A stretch of 64,000 bases of DNA from an uncultured Poribacteria bacterium (GCA_951813565.1 OX638351.1:2624001-2688000); one strand, 5' to 3'. Positions 1 to 10,858 are shown, counted from the stretch's first letter. Made by a program: numbers and translations. Notes: generated by a model not told the origin, from the letters alone.

Positions 1-743
1 TCAAAAGTGCGTGCGTCATCACCGATGTAAAGACCGCGCATCACACGATCTCCATTTTCATCAACATCCATCACACTCATCACATAAACAATACCGAGTT
101 GTTTCAGGTAATGTGTATGCGCATAATTCAGCACCCGCCTAACAGACGTATCCGTGCGTCCCATTAAACTTTCCATACCATCTACTGCACCAAGGAAATG
201 AGATTTGTTAATCATCTCAACCCCGCCTGCTCCGACAAGCACATTCTTGAATCCATTAGCGATTCCGATAACTTCGTGAGGAATTACCTGTCCAACAGAG
301 ATAATGAGTTCATAGTCTCCTTCTACAAGTTTTTGATTGACAGCCACAGGAATACTATAATCAAGTTTGCCACCAGATACCTCACGGATAAACTCGGATG
401 GCACTTCCCCAAAGTGGTCCAGTCCTGTCCGCCAGTGATGGATATGATATTTTGCCTTGGGCAGCTCGCCATACATATCGGCAATTTGTGCATCGGTCAT
501 AGGTGCATGTGTGCCGATAGCAGGCAATATATCAAAAGTTGTTCCGTTTGCGGTATCCCAGAGTTCATAGAGAAGACGCGTAAGTTCTCCTGCATTTGAG
601 TGAAGGCGCGTTATATCTGGTGGAATCACTAAAATCTTTTTTGGGATACCACCCAACTTGAGCAGTGCTTCTTGAAGTAATGCGCGTTTTCCTTTGGTTG
701 TAATGACAGTGTCTTTTCCACCGTGGGCAATGTAGGTTGACAT
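1..743 (-). CDS. LarA-like (lactate racemase/DUF2088 domain) protein, 3' end runs off the window
   Basis: Manual translation from ATG at 743: MSTYIAHGG...KILVIPPDITR...LPAIGTHAPM...VIPHEVIGIANGFKNVLVG. The D-x-x-R, GTH, PH and K motifs match nickel-pincer racemases/epimerases. The frame is open to the window edge. Confidence 0.8.
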   Translation of the reverse strand, partial: MSTYIAHGGKDTVITTKGKRALLQEALLKLGGIPKKILVIPPDITRLHSNAGELTRLLYELWDTANGTTFDILPAIGTHAPMTDAQIADMYGELPKAKYHIHHWRTGLDHFGEVPSEFIREVSGGKLDYSIPVAVNQKLVEGDYELIISVGQVIPHEVIGIANGFKNVLVGAGGVEMINKSHFLGAVDGMESLMGRTDTSVRRVLNYAHTHYLKQLGIVYVMSVMDVDENGDRVMRGLYIGDDARTF

Positions 744-816
744 AATGTTAATCTCGTAATTTATTTATACTGAATTATAGAAATAAGTGAACATAATTTT
801 ATGATTGGCGGTGTTT

Positions 817-877
817 GTAGTCGCGCAATTCATTGCGCCTCTTACATACACTGGTAGGCACGCTTTATAAGCGCGCC
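817..877 (+). repeat. Two GTAG-type REP-like palindromes
   Basis: gtagtcgcgcaattcattgcgcc and gtaggcacgctttataagcgcgcc; relatives at 6761, ~15510, ~44070, ~53000 and ~55352. Confidence 0.7.
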
Positions 878-956
878 GATCAACGACATATCCATATCTT
901 AATCTTAAAATCCGTTAAGAAAAAAGGTCCGGATGCCTCGCCCTCAACGTTTGCAA

Positions 957-1697
957 TTAATACGAGGTTTTAATAGTCCCCCAAGTTGTGCTTAACTTAT
1001 CCTGTGGTTCCACAGGCAAAACCAAATCATCAACAGAATCACCGATAAAGAGATTATCAATATAGACAAGACCGTAGTTGCCAAACTTACCTGTTTTATA
1101 ATCCCCATCTTTAGCCTCTGTGGCTATCGCGACATCTTCAAAAGATGTTTTATCATCTCGTTCTTTGAGCTTAAAAGTGAATGAATCGCCATCTAACGTG
1201 AGTTGTGCGCGATACCAAACCTGCGGCTTGTTTTCCACCATCCCGTCCGCTATAAGCGTCCAACCACCATGCTGTTTCCAAAATTGATACGGTTTATTAC
1301 CTTGCCGACGGTCGCTCAAATAGAACTTCGCGCCATCTTGAAAGCGAAAGACGACACCCATATAAAAATCATCGGGAAACATCATATCCCATTCAGCGAC
1401 ATAATCAGTCCAATCGCCATCTCCACAAACATAGATGGAGCCACCAGGACCATCGTGTCGTGACTTATCAGATGCTTTGTCAGAAGTTTTAAGCACCTTA
1501 TTTCCAGCATCTTTAGGGTCGGCAACAACTTCTGCTTTTGTGTTACCAGCGAACCCGATCTCCCATTTCTTAGGTTCTTGATCGATACTATCTTTCTCAA
1601 AATTGTCATGAAACAACAACTCTGCGGATGCCTCCATTGAAGCGAAAAGAGTTAACATCAACACGGCACATAGAATTAATAGCTTTGTAAAATACAT
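957..1697 (-). CDS. Secreted beta-sandwich (concanavalin/DUF1080-like) protein with shared C-terminal tail
   Basis: Signal peptide (…ASA-E), GGAGG RBS, ends VEPQDKLSTTWGTIK. Confidence 0.75.
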   Translation of the reverse strand: MYFTKLLILCAVLMLTLFASMEASAELLFHDNFEKDSIDQEPKKWEIGFAGNTKAEVVADPKDAGNKVLKTSDKASDKSRHDGPGGSIYVCGDGDWTDYVAEWDMMFPDDFYMGVVFRFQDGAKFYLSDRRQGNKPYQFWKQHGGWTLIADGMVENKPQVWYRAQLTLDGDSFTFKLKERDDKTSFEDVAIATEAKDGDYKTGKFGNYGLVYIDNLFIGDSVDDLVLPVEPQDKLSTTWGTIKTSY

Positions 1698-1761
1698 TTT
1701 TCCTCCTTAGATTTGGACTAGGGTTTTTAGTTTTAGGGTTTTTGCACATTTTCGTCAAAAA

Positions 1762-1786
1762 GTCGCGAGCTGGAGCTCGCTCCTAC
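1762..1786 (-). repeat. GTAG REP (empty form of the site carrying a micro-insert at 10168)
   Basis: Reverse strand reads gtaggagcgagctccagctcgcgac. Confidence 0.7.
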
Positions 1787-1920
1787 AGTAAGAGGGTCAT
1801 TCAAGAATAACCGAAAATATGGAGAACTAAATAATCCTGGATTTGGACAAATTTCACTTGAAAATTTTCCTTAACAATTATATCATAAAAATTACAAATA
1901 GTGTAAAAAAAGAGGTATGC

Positions 1921-3093
1921 ATGCACATATTGCACACTGCCGATTGGCATATCGGGCAAAAACTCCACGAACGCCAACGGCTTGATGAACATAAAGAATT
2001 GCTAAATTGGCTTCTACACACAATCCAAGAACATAAAGCTGAACTTCTCCTCGTTTCAGGTGATATTTTTGACACCTCCCTCCCGTCAGCAGAAGCAACA
2101 AATCTCTATTATGAGTTTCTTTTTAACCTCTATGAAGAAACCGATGCATACGCGGTAATTATTGCTGGCAATCACGATTCTGCACGACACTTGGAAGCCC
2201 CCAGGGAATTCCTCAAAATGGGTAGGATCCACGTCGTTGGACTGGTAAGAGAACCGACTGAATGTGTCTTAAATATTCCAGACGAAAACCCTCGCGTCTC
2301 TGTTGCAGCTGTGCCGTATCTTTCTGAAAACGAACTCCCACACGTCTCCTATGAATCCGATATAGAAAAGAACGAACGGTATCGAGAACGACTCAAAACG
2401 TTCTATGCGGATTGTGTGTCGCACATGCCAGCGGATCTCCCGAAGATTTTGATGGGACACCTCTTTGTCCAAGGTGGAAATGTAAGCGATTCTGAACGAA
2501 ATATCCAAATTGGTGGTGCTACTGCTATTCACGCGGACGACTTTCCTGACGGTGTGAATTATGTTGCGCTTGGTCATCTCCACAGACCCCAGACGATAGA
2601 AGGCAGCGCTTATCCGATCCGATATTCAGGATCACCTATTTCCCTAAGATTCAACGAAACAAATTATCGCAAAAAGGTGTATCTGTTGGAACTGTCTGAC
2701 GATGGAACATTGATACTTGATGAAGAAATTGAGATTCCCATTTTCAAGCGATTATGTACCGTCGCGGGTGACGAAAACACCGTTTTATTTCAAGCAGCGG
2801 CTGAAAATTGGGATGGGAAATACATTCAAGTCAAATTAAAATTAGAGGCTGTAGAAACCGGTATCAACGACAAAATTCGGCAAGCGTTTGCAGGACGTGG
2901 TGGTGATGTTCTGAGTGTAGAAATTGAGATGCCAGAAGCAAAACGCGATATTAATATCTCTGTTGAAGACATGAAACGTCCCGAGGAAATCTTTGAACAA
3001 TTCCATAAGGCAAAACATGATGGCAAACCACCCGATGAAACATTAGTACAAACGTTTAACGAATTACTTCAGATGGTTGAGAAATCTCAATGA
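1921..3093 (+). CDS. sbcD: Exonuclease SbcCD subunit D (Mre11-like)
   Basis: HTADWHIG, GDIFD, GNHD and ALGHLH metallophosphoesterase motifs; AGAGG RBS before ATG 1921; overlaps sbcC by 4 bp. Confidence 0.95.
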   Translation: MHILHTADWHIGQKLHERQRLDEHKELLNWLLHTIQEHKAELLLVSGDIFDTSLPSAEATNLYYEFLFNLYEETDAYAVIIAGNHDSARHLEAPREFLKMGRIHVVGLVREPTECVLNIPDENPRVSVAAVPYLSENELPHVSYESDIEKNERYRERLKTFYADCVSHMPADLPKILMGHLFVQGGNVSDSERNIQIGGATAIHADDFPDGVNYVALGHLHRPQTIEGSAYPIRYSGSPISLRFNETNYRKKVYLLELSDDGTLILDEEIEIPIFKRLCTVAGDENTVLFQAAAENWDGKYIQVKLKLEAVETGINDKIRQAFAGRGGDVLSVEIEMPEAKRDINISVEDMKRPEEIFEQFHKAKHDGKPPDETLVQTFNELLQMVEKSQ

Positions 3094-6000
3094 AATTGTG
3101 TAAACTGAAACTAAAAAACCTAAATAGTTTTCGTGACGAGGTTGAACTTGATTTTGATGAACCTCCGTTAGACGAGGCATCACTTGTAGCAATTACCGGT
3201 CCTACGGGGGCAGGAAAAACAACGTTGTTAGATGCGATTTGTGTTGCACTTTACGGTAAAACACCGCGTTTGAGTGGAACTGGCAGCCAAAATCCGAACT
3301 ATCTCATCAGTCACGGAGAAAAAGAAGGTTTCGCTGAGGTTCATTTTGTCGCAAACGGTACGCGCTACATTGCTGCGTGGTCGGGTAAACTCAAAGCGTC
3401 TCCTAAAGGGAGTTTGTTAAATGCCGATTCTGACAAACTAATTAGCGATAGACTATCTGCACGCGGTAAATCTCTTGGCTCCAGTGAAAACACGGTAAGC
3501 GAAGAGGTGACTGCCATTTTAGGGCTTGATTTTGATGCGTTTAAGCGATCCGTTATGTTGGCACAAGGTGAATTTGCTGCGTTTTTGAAAGCAAAGGACG
3601 AAGAACGGCGCACAATTTTGGAAGCTGCTGCAAATGTTGATATCTACGATGAACTGAAAAGGACATTAAACGATAAGGTGACAACTGTTGAAACTGAATA
3701 TCAGAGTGTTTTACAAAAACTTGAAGCAGTTCCTGAAGCCTCACTTGAACAACTTACGGAAGCAGAAACAGAGCTTGCCAGATTGCAAGCAGAAGCAGAA
3801 AAATTAGGTGGAAAAAATCAGCAAATTCAAACGGAAAAAGAACATGAAACAAAACGTAAAGAGGATTATGAAAAACTACAATCTTCTGAAGAAAATCAAA
3901 AAGAACTTATCAATCAGCAACCGATGATTGACAAACTAAAATCGGAACTTGAGGACGCTGAACGTGCAAACCAACTTCGTGCAGAGAAACAGGTGTATGA
4001 TACCGCAAAATCGAATCATGAAAAAGCAGCAGATGACCTACAAAAGGCTGAAATCGAGTTTACGGATACACAAAAGCAAGTGGAGACTAACCAAGCCAAT
4101 TTTGATAAGAAAGACGAGACTTATCAAACAGCTTTATCCGAGCGTGAACGGAAAATTGACATTTTTAACACTGCAAAATTAGAAGTAAGCCAGGCAGAAA
4201 ACCAATTTGAACAAGCGAATAACCGAATAACTGATAAGAAAAAAATAGACGACCAAATTGAGACAACGTTAAACAAGTTAACTGAGAAGGAAACTCGTCA
4301 AACTGAATTGCAAGAACAAATTGCGGAAGCGCAGACCTTTTTAGATGAAAACCCTCTCCCATCAGATCGGCAGTCACGTCTGAACCGAACAAGTGTTCTT
4401 CTATCAGAACTCAACTCAAAATGCCAACTGCAAAAGGAAAAAGAAAAGGACCAGTCGGAGTCCGAGTTACAAATAGGAAAGTTAAAAGAAAAGTTAAAAG
4501 AATTAACTGAGAATAGGAAAGAACTACTCTTGAAAGAAAAAACTGTAAAGAATTCTCTTAAACAAGCAGAAGCAGAATTCAAAGAACTTCAAGAAAATGG
4601 CACACTTGAGGATTGGCAAAGCCGAAGAGATAATGCAAGAAAAGCGCAACCGATAGCGCAACAGTATGAAAATTTGGTCGATCAACTCGGTGATAAGAGG
4701 GACGATCTCGCGGAATCAAAGGAAAAAATCATTGGACTTGATGAATCCCTTGATAGTCTTAATAAAAAACTTGAGGTTCAATCTCAACTCTGCAAGCGAG
4801 CAGATGCAGAAGTTGAGAAATTAGAAGCAGAAAAAGAATTAGCACTTTTAACAGAACCCGTTAATGCGCTTCGACAGCAGTTAGAGGAAGGGAAACCTTG
4901 CCGCGTGTGTGGTGCTACAGATCATCCCTACGCTGATAAAGTTGAAAGTGAGAAACTACTTGAAAGTATTCTGAAAGCATTAGACGATGCCGAAACAGAG
5001 GCGAAAAAGGCACAGAAGCAGAAGCAAAAATTAGAACGGGATCAAGCACGTCTCCAACAAGATAAATCCCACACCGTTGAACAAGTCGATGAATGTGTTG
5101 CAGAAATAGAAAACCTAAATACCGAAACCGAAGACCTTTGTGCAAAGTGGAAAGAACTCTATGAATCTGCAGACATCTCATTCGAATGGGTTGATGAAAG
5201 GTTTGATGAAGCAGACACTGCGATTGAGAATCTCAACACTACCCAAGAAACTTACAATGAAGTATCCAGCAAATTGAATGAAGTTTCTCATAAACTTGAA
5301 ACCTGTCAAAATAATCTCAATCGAGAAAATGAACTATTGAACGATACAAAACAGGAATTGGAATCTATAACAGATGAGATTGAGGTCTTGAAATTGGACA
5401 TTTCTGATACCGAGAAAGATTTTTGGACTTCAATGCCCGAAGTTTTTCACGGTGTTACGCCAGATAAAGCCGTCAAACAATTTGACGATAAGATCAAGGT
5501 AGTCGATTTACGTGAGCAGGAACTTACCACTAAAAACAGCCGACTTAATGTGCTTAACACCGAAATTCAGAACGACCAACGCGAACTTCAAGACTTACAA
5601 GAACGCCAAAAAGAACTTGAAGCAGAAATTGAACGCTATCAAAACGAAGGCGAAACGTTTATAGATGCTGTTCGAGATAAAACGGGTGGATTGGAATTGG
5701 AAGACGATATCAACGCTGCTATTGATGAGTTAAATGGTGAACTACAGGCGAAAAAGGCTGAACGCGATGAAGCTAAACAACAGTTAGAAAAAAGCCGAAC
5801 ACTATTAACTCAAAAAGAAACGACTCAGAAATTTTGCGAAGAGCAGTTGAAGGAGAATTGCGAAAAGTTTGAGACAGCAGGCGATGCTTACTTGGATAAA
5901 TTGAACAAAGCAGGATTTGAGTCACCTGAAGCACATGACGTGGCATTCCGAGATGAAGCGCAGATACAAGCACTAACCGAAAAAACAGACGCTCATGAGA

Positions 6001-6728
6001 ACGAAAAGCAGCAGCTTGATGTAGAAATTGTAGCGTTGCGGACGCAGTTTGTAGAAGTGCCATTTTCCCCTGAGGTATTAAAACTGATTATATCCCAAGC
6101 AGAAGAAATTGCAGCAGAGATACAAAGCGCACAGGAAAAAATTGGCAGACAAAATGAGAAAATTGACAATCTGAAAGACGATCTTCAAAAACGTGAAAAA
6201 CTTGATAGCGAAGTGCATGCGGCAAAGCAAGAATGGGAACGTTGGAAAAAGTTGCAGGAGATAATTCCTCGAAACGAACTTCGGGATTTTGCATTGGATA
6301 TTATGTTTCAACAGGTCAGCCGTATTGCCAATGTTCAGTTGGCATATTTAACCTCAGAACGTTACCAACTTGATGTAGAAACCATCGGTAAGTTAACCGT
6401 TATTGATCGGTGGAATGCAAATGAAAAACGTCCTGTTGAAACACTCTCTGGTGGCGAATCATTTTTAACGAGCCTGGCACTTGCATTAGCATTATCTGAA
6501 CTCAGCCAAGGTCGCGCACAACTCAATTCACTATTCCTTGACGAAGGATTCGGAACGCTTGATACAGAAACACTTGATATAGCAATCTCAGCTTTGGAAG
6601 GACTTCGCATGCAGGGACGCAGTATCTATCTTATTAGTCATATACAGGAATTGACGAGACGTTTGCCTGTTAAAATCAATGTTAAGAAACGGGGAAACGG
6701 CAGTTCATATATTGAAATTCGAGATTAA
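3090..6728 (+). CDS. sbcC: Exonuclease SbcCD subunit C (Rad50-like SMC ATPase)
   Basis: Walker A GPTGAGKT, long coiled coil, zinc hook CRVC, LSGGE signature, LFLDEGFG Walker B. Confidence 0.95.
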   Translation: MKLCKLKLKNLNSFRDEVELDFDEPPLDEASLVAITGPTGAGKTTLLDAICVALYGKTPRLSGTGSQNPNYLISHGEKEGFAEVHFVANGTRYIAAWSGKLKASPKGSLLNADSDKLISDRLSARGKSLGSSENTVSEEVTAILGLDFDAFKRSVMLAQGEFAAFLKAKDEERRTILEAAANVDIYDELKRTLNDKVTTVETEYQSVLQKLEAVPEASLEQLTEAETELARLQAEAEKLGGKNQQIQTEKEHETKRKEDYEKLQSSEENQKELINQQPMIDKLKSELEDAERANQLRAEKQVYDTAKSNHEKAADDLQKAEIEFTDTQKQVETNQANFDKKDETYQTALSERERKIDIFNTAKLEVSQAENQFEQANNRITDKKKIDDQIETTLNKLTEKETRQTELQEQIAEAQTFLDENPLPSDRQSRLNRTSVLLSELNSKCQLQKEKEKDQSESELQIGKLKEKLKELTENRKELLLKEKTVKNSLKQAEAEFKELQENGTLEDWQSRRDNARKAQPIAQQYENLVDQLGDKRDDLAESKEKIIGLDESLDSLNKKLEVQSQLCKRADAEVEKLEAEKELALLTEPVNALRQQLEEGKPCRVCGATDHPYADKVESEKLLESILKALDDAETEAKKAQKQKQKLERDQARLQQDKSHTVEQVDECVAEIENLNTETEDLCAKWKELYESADISFEWVDERFDEADTAIENLNTTQETYNEVSSKLNEVSHKLETCQNNLNRENELLNDTKQELESITDEIEVLKLDISDTEKDFWTSMPEVFHGVTPDKAVKQFDDKIKVVDLREQELTTKNSRLNVLNTEIQNDQRELQDLQERQKELEAEIERYQNEGETFIDAVRDKTGGLELEDDINAAIDELNGELQAKKAERDEAKQQLEKSRTLLTQKETTQKFCEEQLKENCEKFETAGDAYLDKLNKAGFESPEAHDVAFRDEAQIQALTEKTDAHENEKQQLDVEIVALRTQFVEVPFSPEVLKLIISQAEEIAAEIQSAQEKIGRQNEKIDNLKDDLQKREKLDSEVHAAKQEWERWKKLQEIIPRNELRDFALDIMFQQVSRIANVQLAYLTSERYQLDVETIGKLTVIDRWNANEKRPVETLSGGESFLTSLALALALSELSQGRAQLNSLFLDEGFGTLDTETLDIAISALEGLRMQGRSIYLISHIQELTRRLPVKINVKKRGNGSSYIEIRD

Positions 6729-6817
6729 CGCAAATCATTGTGAAATATACGCATCTACAGGTAGGCGCGCTTTGTAAGCGCGCCAAGAAATAACTTAAAA
6801 CAAATTGGAGGCTATGT

Positions 6818-7576
6818 ATGCAATTTGGTTTCATGTCGTCTGTCTGTCCGCCATTAACGCTGGCAGAACTCATTGACAAAGCAAAACACTATAACTATGA
6901 ACACTTAGAACTCCGTGTAGAATGGGACCACGGACACGGTGTTGAATTGGATTCTACACCACAACAACTCAACGATGCAAAGGCTCGCTTAGCAGATAGT
7001 GGAATAGCTCTATCTTGTATTGCAACTGGGGTGAGATTCGTTAATCCTGACGCGCAAAAACGCGCAGAACAAGTTGATCTGCTGAAGCGGTATATTGAAC
7101 TTTCTGAAAAGATGGATGCTAAGAACATCCGTATCTTCGGTGATCCGGTCCCGAAAACACCGGCTGAAGTGGATCAAACACTTGATTGGGAAGCGGATGG
7201 TATCCGTGATTGTGACGCGTTAGCAGGTGAGGCAGGAGTTGCGCTCTGTTTGGAAACACACGGGAATCTTATCGCGAGTTACGTGGCTGAAGCGCTATAC
7301 CGGTCAGAAGCACAGAATACCTTTGTGAATTGGCATGCAGGACACCATGTTCGACACGGGCAACCTGTGGATGTCGCTTATGTTCATCTACGAGGTAAAG
7401 TGCGACATGCACATGTCAATTTTGGTGATGAAGGGCCAATGCCTGACACAGAAAAAGATTCCCTCTCACTTCTCAAACAAGATGGGTATACTGGTTTTAT
7501 CTCAATAGAAGTTATCAATCCAAAGGATTCGGATGCTGTGCTGCAACGACATGCCGAACTATACAAAACACTGTAA
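6818..7576 (+). CDS. Sugar phosphate isomerase/epimerase (AP endonuclease 2 TIM barrel)
   Basis: LCLETHG and GYTGFISIE motifs; GGAGG RBS. Confidence 0.85.
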   Translation: MQFGFMSSVCPPLTLAELIDKAKHYNYEHLELRVEWDHGHGVELDSTPQQLNDAKARLADSGIALSCIATGVRFVNPDAQKRAEQVDLLKRYIELSEKMDAKNIRIFGDPVPKTPAEVDQTLDWEADGIRDCDALAGEAGVALCLETHGNLIASYVAEALYRSEAQNTFVNWHAGHHVRHGQPVDVAYVHLRGKVRHAHVNFGDEGPMPDTEKDSLSLLKQDGYTGFISIEVINPKDSDAVLQRHAELYKTL

Positions 7577-7626
7577 ACCACGAATCTTCAAGGACTGATA
7601 GTTAATCAGAGATTGAATTAAACGTT

Positions 7627-7659
7627 CCGGTAGACATGCTTGAGAGTGCGTCTACCGGA
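7627..7659. terminator. Hairpin between convergent genes (likely bidirectional terminator)
   Basis: ccggtagac…gtctaccgg stem with AT-rich flanks. Confidence 0.55.
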
Positions 7660-7665
7660 TTTATT

Positions 7666-7995
7666 TTAAACGCTAAACGATTCGCCGCAGCCGCATGTGT
7701 TTTTGGCGTTTGGATTGGTAATCTTAAAACCTGATTCCATTAAGCCGTCATTGTAATCCAGCACCGAACCTGCGAGATATAGGGAACTGCGTGGATCAAT
7801 GAACACTTTCAAACCGTGAAATTCAAAGACCCTATCGGCGCCCTTCGCTTCGCCAAACTCAAGGTTATATTGGAATCCTGAGCAACCGCCGCCGATAACC
7901 TGCATGCGCAAACCGAGTTCTGCTTCTGCGCTATTTTCGTTGCTGTTTATGAGTGTAATCGCTTTTTGTGCCGCAGATTCCGTTACATTAATCAT
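7666..7995 (-). CDS. iscA: A-type Fe-S cluster carrier (IscA/ErpA/HesB family)
   Basis: GGGCSGFQY and NPNAKNTCGCGESF motifs. Confidence 0.92.
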   Translation of the reverse strand: MINVTESAAQKAITLINSNENSAEAELGLRMQVIGGGCSGFQYNLEFGEAKGADRVFEFHGLKVFIDPRSSLYLAGSVLDYNDGLMESGFKITNPNAKNTCGCGESFSV

Positions 7996-8369
7996 TGGTA
8001 CGTCTCCTGTTTTGAAAGCGAGTTCTCAATCGCTGTTTTTAGTGCCTCTTCGGCATAGGTGGCATAACGTTGCTTATCCGCTGGTAGTCCGCCTAAAGCA
8101 TTTGAGATATGTGATGCTGTGATCTCCAGCGCATCTGAAATTCGGCTACCGGTGACCAATTCCGTTAGCACAGAACCGCTGGCAATTGCTGTTGGACACC
8201 CAAAAGCCCTAAACTTCGCTGCAATAACTGCACCATCTGCAATTTTAAGCGTAAGTTTTAGCATCTCTCCGCTTGCAGCGGAGCCGATAGTTGCTGTGCC
8301 ATCCGCATCGGCAATTGTTCCGACATTGCGAGGATTCTCAAAATGCTCCGTCACCTGCGGGGTATGCAT
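7992..8369 (-). CDS. iscU: IscU/NifU-N-like scaffold, with degenerate Cys ligands
   Basis: HFENPRNVG, AKFRAFGC and LGGLP motifs; overlaps iscA; two of three canonical Cys are missing. Confidence 0.75.
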   Translation of the reverse strand: MHTPQVTEHFENPRNVGTIADADGTATIGSAASGEMLKLTLKIADGAVIAAKFRAFGCPTAIASGSVLTELVTGSRISDALEITASHISNALGGLPADKQRYATYAEEALKTAIENSLSKQETYQ

Positions 8370-8423
8370 AACAGCTATCTATCCGAAACGGACAACGTAT
8401 CGCCATGATATATTTTATTACAT

Positions 8424-8452
8424 ATTATACACTATCATCATACAATTGTCAA
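8424..8452 (-). promoter_or_regulatory. Consensus sigma70 promoter for iscU-iscA
   Basis: Minus strand TTGACA-N17-TATAAT. Confidence 0.7.
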
Positions 8453-8468
8453 ATCCTACTTTAAGCCA

Positions 8469-8968
8469 GGGTGTGTAAAGTTTTTGTAGAAATCCGCACA
8501 ACTCCTATTGTAGGGCGGGTCTCCGGGGAATGCCAAGAGGCATTCGGACCGTTGATTTGGTGCCTGCCCGCTGCATGGCACGTCCTGCACAGTGGCGGTG
8601 CACAGGGACCCCGCCCATAGGCGTCAATTTAAGCACACAATTACCAGATTGCCTCTTGTGGGAGGGCTTTATAAGCCCGATTTATATGTATTTATCGGGG
8701 TTGAAAACCCGACAAATGCCAAAAAGCAGAATCAACGCCGAGCGCGCGTATGGCACTCGTCGCATTTGGCGTTGATTTGGCAGCATGCCAAACGCGCATG
8801 CTGCGTTGATTCGCTCCCACAAGAGGGTATATCCTTAAATTGACGGCTATGGGGCACCAAATCAACGCTATGAATGCCTGTTGGCATTCCCCGGGACCCC
8901 GCTCTACAGTGGAAAACGCCGCGTAATCATTGCAAATTGAACCTATGTAACCAAAACTTTACACACCC
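8469..8968. mobile_element. Non-autonomous MITE with IS256-like ends and nested repeats
   Basis: TIR gggtgtgtaaagtttt / aaaactttacacaccc; 9-bp TSD tttaagcca (8460-8468 and 8969-8977). Confidence 0.85.
8616..8851. mobile_element. Nested MITE with CATAG…CTATG ends
   Basis: TIR cataggcgtcaatttaag / cttaaattgacggctatg; flanked by a duplicated ~18-bp REP segment. Confidence 0.8.
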
Positions 8969-9067
8969 TTTAAGCCAATTTATAGACATTTATAACATTT
9001 TCAGTTAAATTCTGATATAATGCCATTGCAACTTACACATTAAGAACGAATGGAGGAAAATATAGCA

Positions 9068-10096
9068 ATGTATAGGACTGCAATTGTGGGAGGCAGACGT
9101 GGTGTTCACCATGCTCGATGCTACGCTGGCATTGAAAACATGCAGGTAATAGCACTTTGCGAAATTGATGCCAACCGACTCAAAGATGCTGTAGCAGAAT
9201 TGAATGTCACAGGGCACACAGACTACGCAGAGATGTTAAGAACCGAAAAACCCGATATTGTACATGCAGTTACCCAACCGACAGTGCCACGGCATATATG
9301 GATAGAACCTGCCGCCGAAGCAGGCGTAAAAGCATTAGTGATAGAAAAACCGATCGCCCTTAGACCCAGCGAAGCAGAAGCACTTGCTGCTGCACACGAG
9401 AAAACAGGATTAAAGATTATTGTCAATCATCAACGAAGATATCTTCCATTTGCTGAAAAACTACTGGAGTTTTTTGCTGAAGACAGTCTTGGCGACATAC
9501 ACTTCATTCGAGCCTCCACACAAGGCGAGATAACTGATATGGACACGCATTTGATGGATGTTGTACTTTTTGCGCTTAAGGATATTCCTATCACACATGT
9601 GTGGGGTGCTGTTGAAGGTGATGAAATTTACGACGTTCCAAATCTTCAGTGTCCTGAAGATTTGATGGCGATTTATACATTTGAAAACGGTGCCCGTGTG
9701 TTTTTTGAATCCGCTCGAAATGCTTTTGGAACAATAGATTTTCCCGGTAGTAATCCACGCTGTAATCTTGATTTTTGGGGAACAAAAGGACGTATGTGGT
9801 GGCGTGAAAACGGTTCATGGGGATACCAACTTGATGGCCTGGCACACCCATTCGTTGAAAAAACCCATTTTGGAATAGATGACAGATTCGGACAACGCGC
9901 CTTTACACAAGCTATCGCGACATGGCTTGATGACGAGAATCAACCGCATCGCAATAGGTTAGAATTCGCTCTGCTTGGCTTCGATTTGATTATGGCGGCA
10001 TACCGCTCAGCACTGATTGGTGAACGGATTGCATGGCCCCCAAAACTTTCCGATGATGAATGGGTAGAACTTAAGAATCGGGTAGTCGGAAAGTAA
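9068..10096 (+). CDS. Gfo/Idh/MocA-family oxidoreductase
   Basis: N-terminal Rossmann fold, IEKPIA and VNHQRRY motifs; GGAGG RBS before ATG 9068. Confidence 0.88.
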   Translation: MYRTAIVGGRRGVHHARCYAGIENMQVIALCEIDANRLKDAVAELNVTGHTDYAEMLRTEKPDIVHAVTQPTVPRHIWIEPAAEAGVKALVIEKPIALRPSEAEALAAAHEKTGLKIIVNHQRRYLPFAEKLLEFFAEDSLGDIHFIRASTQGEITDMDTHLMDVVLFALKDIPITHVWGAVEGDEIYDVPNLQCPEDLMAIYTFENGARVFFESARNAFGTIDFPGSNPRCNLDFWGTKGRMWWRENGSWGYQLDGLAHPFVEKTHFGIDDRFGQRAFTQAIATWLDDENQPHRNRLEFALLGFDLIMAAYRSALIGERIAWPPKLSDDEWVELKNRVVGK

Positions 10097-10412
10097 CGTA
10101 GCAGAGCCATTCAGTTTTCGTGTTTTTCTCAACATTTTGGACACGGTCGCGAGCTGGAGCTCGCTCCCGCTAAATACCATAAGTGTATTTGGCGTTGATT
10201 CACAAGAAGAGACCTTTGGTAACAGAGCAATTGCTGAAAAATTGAATGGCTCTGATAACACTGGAAACAGAGGCATTCAATTTTCGTCTAATTATCCATT
10301 TTAGTCGAAAAGTTGGGGACTAAATTGACGCCTATGGGACCTAAAAATCGTTCCCAGATGCACGAATTAATTGTATTTTCTTTTCATTTCATTTGGAACA
10401 TCAGTTAAGGCG

Positions 10413-10783
10413 AGGCACAGGGACCCCGCCCATAGGCGTCAATTTAAGCACACAATTACCAGATTGCCTCTTGTGGGAGGGCTTTATAAGCCCGATTTAT
10501 ATGTATTTATCGGGGTTGAAAACCCGACAAATGCCAAAAAGCAGAATCAACGCCGAGCGCGCGTATGGCACTCGTCGCATTTGGCGTTGATTTGGCAGCA
10601 TGCCGGACGCGCATGCTGCGTTGATTCACTCCCACAAGAGGGTATATCCTTAAATTGACGGCTATGGGGCACCAAATCAACGGTATGAATGCCTTATGGC
10701 ATTCCCCGGGACCCCGCTCTACAGTGGAAAACGCCGCGTAATCATTGCAAATTGAACCTATGTAACCAAATATTTACACACCC
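10413..10783. repeat. Near-identical copy of the right part of the 8469-8968 composite MITE (left end missing)
   Basis: Aligns to 8598-8968 with few substitutions; nested CATAG MITE at 10431-10666; ends tttacacaccc. Confidence 0.85.
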
Positions 10784-10799
10784 CACGCAGGTTAACCAA

Positions 10800-10828
10800 T
10801 TGACACAAAGATATTAAAATGCTATAAT
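10800..10828 (+). promoter_or_regulatory. Consensus sigma70 promoter
   Basis: TTGACA-N17-TATAAT, 30 bp upstream of the PhyH gene. Confidence 0.75.
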
Positions 10829-10858
10829 GCCGTAGACAAAATCCCATAGGAGACAAAT

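Noticed and set aside
198..599. 133-aa plus-strand ORF
   Set aside because: Antisense shadow of the LarA-like gene.
1921..6728. SbcCD as a novel SMC-type defence system
   Set aside because: Canonical sbcD-sbcC pair with ordinary neighbours.
8530..10658. Repeated short ORFs (8530, 8592, 10371, 10393)
   Set aside because: They are translations of MITE/REP sequence with no RBS or protein features.
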